From the human T2T-CHM13v2.0 reference genome, Homo sapiens: 64,000 nt of DNA. The number at the start of each line of letters is the position of its first letter. The first letter of the stretch is position 1. The notes beneath the pieces are model-generated. The model had not been told where the DNA came from and searched no databases. It saw only the letters and a program-made list of their open reading frames with translations. The stretch lies in NCBI RefSeq assembly GCF_009914755.1, contig NC_060937.1; one strand, given 5' to 3'. The position numbers and the translations under genes are program-made. Shown here one piece after another: positions 55,883 through 64,000 of the stretch.

Positions 55883-56384
55883 TTGCCCTTTCTCTACTTT
55901 CCCCAGTGACCGAGTTTGTTTATGCTGAATTTCCCCCAACCCTGTCACCAGGTCCTGCTCATTTTTCCTTCTTTCCTTTCCCATATCAGAATTAAACAAT
56001 CTAGCCTTTTGCTGGGGAATTAATTGGAGTTACCATGTCCCTAACAAAAATAGTTTGTGTTTTTGCTTTTGCCCATGCATTTTAACAGCTGCCTAATTGA
56101 AGTACCTAAAGGGAATAACTAATAGGGAGAAACTTCAGTTTTAAAAGCTGACTGAAGGATTCATTTGGGAATAAGACCAAGCAAGGTAGGTGAAGCTGCT
56201 CGACAGCACCTGATGGTGCCTTGCAGATACCCATCCGTGCGGCCTGGGCCCAGGGCTGACCTGCTTTCAGGAGGCCTAATTAACAAAAGGAGAATTGCCT
56301 TCTTCCCATGCTCGTGGGAAGGGGCTGATCAAGCAGAATTGTGCAGCCCAGTTATTCTCCACTTTTTAATTATATTTTCTTCAA

Positions 56385-56880
56385 AATAAAATATTTACTA
56401 TTTTATTCTGGTTATAAATTAGTGCATGCCTACTCTTAAAAATTAAAACAATTCTTGAATGTATAGAGAAAAAGGAAAAATTATCTGAAATCTTACCACT
56501 CCTACTTAACTGTTGTAACATTTTGGTAAACACCCTTTCATATGTTTCTATATGCGTAGGTATCTGCAGCTATACCCCTATATAACTGCGTATAAATAGT
56601 ACACTATACAAACAGTGCTGTATCTTATTTTTTTCATTTAATAATAGGTGGTGGGTTTTTTTCAAGTGTCAATAAATATAGATCCACACCATCATTTTTA
56701 TTGACTGCACAATATTCCTCTGTGAGACATACCACAATTTATTTAACTAATCTCTATTGAACAACAATTATGCTGACTAAATTTTTTGATATTACGATCA
56801 ATGCTCTGAAGAGCTTTCTTTTACATCCATTTTTATGTACTTGTTTAAAGATCTCCTTTGGATAAATTCCCATAGGGGAA
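56385..56880 (-). mobile_element. Old L1ME-type fragment
   Basis: CATACCACAATTTATTTAACTAATCTCTATTGA...TTTGGATAAATTCC. Confidence 0.55.
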
Positions 56881-57249
56881 AACAACTAAACTTTTTTCTT
56901 TTAAAAAGGACGATAGGAAGCCATGAGGAAGAGAAAGCTGAGTTAGCAGCCTAGTTCCAGAGAATTTATGCAACAAAAATGCATAGAGACCTATATTGTG
57001 TCAGGAGACTAATCTAGACAGCTTGAGATGCAAAGATAAAATAAATCTTCAAAAAACTCTAGCCTGGTAGGGTAGATAGACTGACTCTTAAACACATAAT
57101 TACTACACTGAGATCAAATTCCCAATAGAAGTATAAACAAAATACCATGAGAAAGATAAAAGAAGGCAATTAAACCTGGGCAAGAGAGTTAGGAAAATAA
57201 TTTAACAGAGAAAGCAACCATTGAATTGGTCCGTCATTAAAGAGGTAAG

Positions 57250-57658
57250 TGTATTATTTGTGTGGGTTGCTATAACAAAGTACTGCAGACTGAGTGGCTA
57301 AAACAATGAAAATTTATTTTCTCACAGCTCTGGAGGCTGGGAGTTTGAGGTCAAGGTGTCAGCAGGATTGGTTCGTTTTGAGGGTCCTGAAGGAAGAATC
57401 TGTTCCAGGCATTTCTCCATGGCTTGTAGATGGCCACCTTCATCCTGTGTCTTTACATTGTCTTCCCCCTGTATGTGGCTGTGTTCAAATTTCTTCTTCT
57501 TATAAGGACATCAGTCAAATCAGATTAGGGCTTACCCTAATGACCTCATTTTAACTTTCCTCTAAGACCCTCTCTCTAAATACAGTCACATTCTGAGGTA
57601 CTGCGGGTTAGGACTTCAACTTACAAATTTTGCAGGGGACACAGTGTAGCCCAGAACA
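57250..57658 (-). mobile_element. MaLR solo LTR (MLT1B-like) interrupting an L2
   Basis: TGTATT...GCTATAACAAAGTAC...TTCTCACAGCTCTGGAGGCTGG...CACATTCTGAGGTACTG...AACA. Near-TSD GTAAG / GTGAG. Confidence 0.88.
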
Positions 57659-57924
57659 GTGAGGGAATGCAGAAATGCTTGTATAAAGACCCAGAGTCAG
57701 GCAAAGGTGCCGTGTGATTATGGAAGCCCGAGGAAGCATTGTGATATAGGTAGAAAAGGTCTACGGGCTGGGAATGTGGAAAGGGAATCCTGACGGGAGA
57801 TGCATTTGTACTGGGAGGCAGGAGCTTGCAAACAGCCCTAAGGAAGGTTGGCTGAGAAATCATGGATAAGTTTAAGTGAAGGAGTGGCATGGTCAGATTT
57901 GTCTTTCATTTAGCTGTTGCTGTC

Positions 57925-58630
57925 AGAACACCAAATGTGGACGAGGATTTGGAGCACCCGGAACAATCATGAGCAGCTGCTAGGATTATAAAATGGAACA
58001 ATTGTATTGAAAAATAATATGGCAGTTTCTTCAAAAGTTAACCATACACCTAGGATATGATCATGTATTCCTCTCCTAAGTATTTATTTCAAGAGAAATG
58101 AAAGCATGTCTATACAATGGTTTGCACATGAATGTTAATAGCAGCTTTATTCATAATTGCCAGAAACTGGAAACAATCCAAACATCCATCAACAGGTGAA
58201 TAGGTAAACAAATTTTGGTATGTCCATTCAATACAGTACCGCTTAGCAATAAAAAGGAAGGAACCATTAATAACCCTAACATGGATAAATCTCAAGATAA
58301 TTATATTGAGTGAATGAACCGAAGCCCCCAAAACAAGAATATGATACATACTATGTGATTCTATTGATATAAAATTTTACAAGATATGAATTAATCTGGG
58401 GATGAAGATTGGGGACAGGTGGGGCAGAGGTGGGAGGGAGATATTACAAAGGGACATGAGGAAACTTTGGGGGTGATATAAATGTTCCCCATCTTGATCA
58501 AAATGATGTTTTCATAGGTGTATGCATATGTCACACTCATCAAATTGTACACTTTAAGTACAGGCAGTCTATTGTGTGTCACTTATATCTCAATTAATTA
58601 AAAGCAAACAAAACCAAAACAAACAAGAAA
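57925..58630 (+). mobile_element. Old L1M 3'-end fragment with A-rich tail
   Basis: AGCAGCTTTATTCATAATTGCCAGAAACTGGAAACAATCCAAACATCCATCAACAGGTGAAT...CTCATCAAATTGTACACTTTAAG. Confidence 0.8.
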
Positions 58631-58879
58631 AGAGGTATGTGGGTGGATAAAAAAGTAGAGCATAGACTTGTGAAAGAGATACCAATTAGGAGATTACTCC
58701 AGAAGGCCAGTAGGGCTTATGAAAGTCTGAATGAGGCTGGGTAGGTGGTGTCCAGTTGACTCTGCTCTTTTTCTGTTGTGGGACTCAAGATTTTCGGAAC
58801 TGAACACCTGCGGGCTGCAGAAGGGCATTTTATCCCTATGTGATGGGGGAATGCACCAGCTTTCCTTCCTTCTACTCCC

Positions 58880-59280
58880 TTCTATATGCTAGCAATAATT
58901 TTAGGCATTCATAGCAGTGGTGAGTAAAATGGGCAAATATCCGTTGTGTTCATAAGACTACATTCTAGTGAGAGACAAAAAGTAATATATCAGGTAGGGC
59001 TAAGCGCTATGAAGAAAAAGCAGGGTAAGGGAGTATGTGGTAGATGTCCAGGGGATGTGGAAACTACTTTAGAGAGGTGTTTAGAAAAGGCTACTCTAGG
59101 GAGATGACATTTGATCTCAGATCTGCATGAAGTGACAAAGGGATGTTAGTTGAGATCAGGGACAGGTTCCCTTGGCTGAGAGACTGGCAAGTGCAAAGGT
59201 CCTGAGGTGGTCATTTAAGTGGCTTGTCAAGAAGAAGCCTGGAGCAGCTGGAAAAGTAGGAAAGGCAACAGCAGAGGCTG
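58880..59280 (-). mobile_element. L2 fragment
   Basis: TACATTCTAGTGAGAGACA...AGCGCTATGAAGAAAAAGCAGGGTAAGGG...GAGATGACATTTGA...AAGTGCAAAGGTCCTGAGG. Confidence 0.75.
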
Positions 59281-62200
59281 GAGTAGGTTCCTGATTTGCC
59301 ACCCACATGTGCCTAGACAAGCCCCCTGGTAATTTATACTGGGCACTTCCTCCTACAACAAAGTTCATGCTAGACTGTTGAAAATGCTAAATACTATTTG
59401 AAATACTGTTCATTTGACTGTAGCTTTGATTCTCTTTCTTATGCCTTCTCTCCTTTTTTTTTTTTTAAATAAGATTGGTGTTGATCGTGGTATTTGTTGT
59501 AATAAGATTTAATCTACACCTTATTAGCTTTCTACGGTGTGAAAAGTCTTATAATAGTGTCTTTATTTACCATCTATCTTAATGCCCAGTGGTGAGTGGA
59601 ATCCCAAATTAAAACGAATGTCAGTATGACAGAGAAATGGATACTCACAAGTGGCTGACAAATTAAGACTATTGATACATTTCTATTAATATAAATTCTG
59701 CCTTTAAAACGGTAGTATTAAGAGGAAGTGACAGACACTGTCAGCCAAATATTATGAGGTGAGCGTTTCTACATGTCTGAATGAATTCTTTTAACAATCT
59801 TGTTATTAACACCGTTTTGCAGCTATAGAAACCGAGGCTTAGAAGCATCACATGACTTGTCCAAGGTCACACAGCTAGGGAATGCCAAAGCTAAGATTTC
59901 AAGTCACTTCTGCTGCCTCCTGGTTTGTTTGGGGCTTCTGTCACTGCACCCTGTCAGTCTTGAGTGCTGTGCCACAACATCTATAATGCCAGGCTGTCAT
60001 GGACTGAATAGAGAGACAGTCCTCTTAAGAAAGCAAACAGCTTCCTTGAGAAAAAGCCCCAAGGCTGTATTCTCTTGATCTTCAGACCTACCTATCTGTC
60101 TGAATGTTGCAGAGGAGCTTGTGCCTGTCTTCAGCTGCTCCTCCCTTCTGACAAGAATTCTCCAAAGGGACTGGTGGCAGGAGGCTGGGGGAAGTGGCTG
60201 GGTCAGCCAGGCGTGATTGAACACTGTTCCAGTATCGAGACCTGATAAAAATCTGGGGCTGCTGGGCACTCGATTTTTAAAGTAATCCTGTCAGTTCCCT
60301 AATAATAGTAATAAATTAACCAAACAGCAGATTCAGTGGTATTTTTTGTCCTAAGGGTATTGCTTTCACACTTCAACTTGATAGCATGATTTATCAAGAG
60401 ATAAATTACAGCTGGGAATGAATGGATTTACTGATGTCAGGGAGACGACAAGTATATTCTGAAGATGTTACCAGTGATGGGCACGTACCTGACAAGCATA
60501 CTTGAAGATCCCCAAACAAAATGCTTCTCTTCAGAGGCTGAATAACTTTTCACTTTGGATGTAGGTCACTGCAAGGACAGAAGGATTTTTGGTAGTCTAA
60601 TTAGCTCTCTCCCCACGTCATTGTCACCTAATAGTATTAATTACATTGCTCTTTGTGGGTGGGCTTCTTCAATCACCTTCAAACCTTTTCTCCCATTCCT
60701 CCACTCCCAATTCGCCATTACTGTGTGTCTATCATTCTTGTTACATAAATGCACTCGACTAAGATAGAATTTGACTGTTGGATTCACGCACTGAGCATGA
60801 TCTCCTCATCCCTGGATGTAAAGGCAGGAGGGATTAGTTCTGGGAAGTTGCTCAGGAGAGTGATCAGAGAGCAGAACTGATAAAGAGAGCCCAGGTAGAG
60901 GGCAGAGATGACTTGGGCTCTCGAGTTGAGAAGTGACCTCCCTGGAGATGTGTGAAGATGGCCTTGAGGCAGACCTGGAACTGTGAGCTGAGAGTGGGGC
61001 CTGCAAATTCACAGATGCTTATGGATCTATCTAGAGTGGGTACTTTCCAGGAAAGGCATAGTAGAAGAATTCTTGGTGAGGAATGGTCTAATGAATGGGC
61101 TCTCAAAGACTTTTAGAGTTTTTTTAATCACAATAAAAAGAACAGGCCCATTTTTGTGGATATGGAGAGGAGCATACAGCGATAGGGAGAACTAGGGGTA
61201 AGGCTGGGTGCATGTGATTAGCCCTTAATGGTATCTTGAAGGAAAAATAACTCTAAGCTTAGAGCATCTACCTCATAAAAGAGGCAAGTTAAAGGTGTCT
61301 TGAGCCTTGGACATTTGAAACATGTTTTAAAAAACAAACTGCAAAGTCTGGGCAGTGTACAGTTAAGAAGCCAACAAATCAAATTGTGCCCAACAAATCA
61401 AAGCAAAAAGTATAAGTCATTAGAAAAAGTAGATGTAGAAATAAGATTTAACTTCAGAAGCAACCAGGCAAATAAGCTCATTAATGAATAGTCCACTCAA
61501 GGAACAAATAGGATTTAAAATGCTTCCAGCTTCTGGATGGTTTAAAGCCAGCCATAACTAAGTAACTATGTACACAGATTAGAAGAAAATGGTGCAATGC
61601 AGTTTCTTGTTAAATCTCTTTAAGTTTACCAATAGCCTGAAGCATCTGTCAAAATCCCAGGCAGGTGCTACAAAGAACTATTTTAAACTTCCAAATTCAG
61701 GGCACCTGAAGAAGTAGAGGTGCATGTCATTTTCCCTCTTGTGGATAAACAGCTTTGCCATTCATAAATAGTGAAAGCTGTTATAAACGTATAATAGTTT
61801 TCCACCATATAGTCTGTGTGAATGTCTCTGGGCTTACGTTTTTTTAATTGTAAAAATATTTGTTTCATCATGTATCTTTTTTTTTTCTGACCAAATTCTA
61901 GGCACATTTTTATAGGAAAAAAATGATCAAGCATGAGACAGGACCCCTGGACTCTGGAGAGGCACTTTGGTTTCAGGGTAATCCTTAAAGATAGAACCTC
62001 GCCATCCTGGACATCTGACCTCCAGATAAATCCTCCAAAAAGAAAAAAAAGAAAAGCCCTAAGGACCAGAGAAGTCATCTTTAACATGCATTCTTCATAC
62101 TCTCTCAGAGAAAATATGCCCATGGCTAATGTGAGAGGCAGAGCAGAACTGAACAGAGGCTTAAATTTTTCTACCTGAGAGTCAGAATTTGCGAGTGGAG

Positions 62201-62829
62201 ATGAATTTTGATAGGTGTCAAAAAGCAACTGTTGGCCTTTATGCTCTTACGGTTACCCACACTTCTAGTGAGCAACTCATGGGTGCTAATATTGGGAAGC
62301 AGAGCCACCCAAGCCAACTGTATTCAAATTAAGGTAGAGAGAAAACCCAGATTTGGCTACTTGCCAGACTGCTTTGCTACCTCTTTCTCAACTTACATTA
62401 ACTCAGGAGTAGGAAGCTGGGGCAAGTGGTGAATTCTTCTATTTCTTCTGCTACTGACCTTCCTTTGAGGCCCAATTTAGCCCAAGATGGGTAAGAAAAG
62501 TGAGACTGCTGATATTATTTATTTTGACCTCCACCCAGAAACATACTGCTTCAGCCTTTCATCCTTTTTGGATCAATTGACACAAGTGTTTTTTTTGTTT
62601 TGTTTTATTTGGCTTAAAACAGTGGTTATCAATTTTTTTTCTGCCTTTGGTTTGTTGAAGCAAAAGTTGCTATGAGTCACAAGCTTTGCCTGCTTTACAT
62701 AGCCATTTAGCTATATTACAAAATTAAATTAAATATATTAAAAATAATATTTTATAATAATAAATATATTAAAAATTATATTAAAAATTATACTGCAGGA
62801 ACAAATGGGAAGACATGGCACCATTTTTA

Positions 62830-63835
<1,006 letters not shown>

Positions 63836-64000
63836 TAGCTGTACAAATGGCTCAATTTTTGAGAACATATATTGTCAAACACAACAGTTAAAAACTTTTT
63901 TAAAAAGCTATACATATTTGTGTTTTAAAGATTAAATAATGTCCTGAGAGAGACAAATCCATGGATGACCTCACAGGGGAATACTAGTGACAGAGAATTT

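Noticed and set aside
62720-62792. Nearly pure A/T tract with TATATTAAAAAT repeats
   Set aside because: Ordinary low-complexity sequence next to an old L1 tail.

Overview
This is primate genomic DNA, human or a very close great ape. Positions 1-395 are the end of the last coding exon of OLFM4 (olfactomedin domain C-terminus, stop at 393-395), followed by its ~1.3 kb 3' UTR with a terminal poly(A) signal at 1652. The remaining ~62 kb is intergenic and repeat-rich. It holds a 4.65 kb 5'-truncated, inactivated L1PA2-type LINE-1 with a clear TSD, five dimeric Alus and two Alu monomers, solo LTRs with TSDs (LTR9-like, MSTA, MER50, MLT2, MLT1), many old MIR/L2/L1M fragments and microsatellites. No other protein-coding gene is supported. 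The most unusual signal is at 42047-42127, inside an old L2. A perfect 20-bp fold-back is joined by a 3-nt microhomology to a 35-nt inverted copy (34/35) of sequence 8.5 kb away (50578-50612). This looks like a fossil multi-step templated insertion, and it also created a pre-miRNA-like hairpin. Other items are a 12-bp stem-loop and a UAG/UAGG cluster in the OLFM4 3' UTR, a fold-back inside an Alu, and several candidate enhancer motif clusters. I found no convincing new gene system. Repeat subfamily names were recognised by eye, and boundaries without TSDs are approximate.
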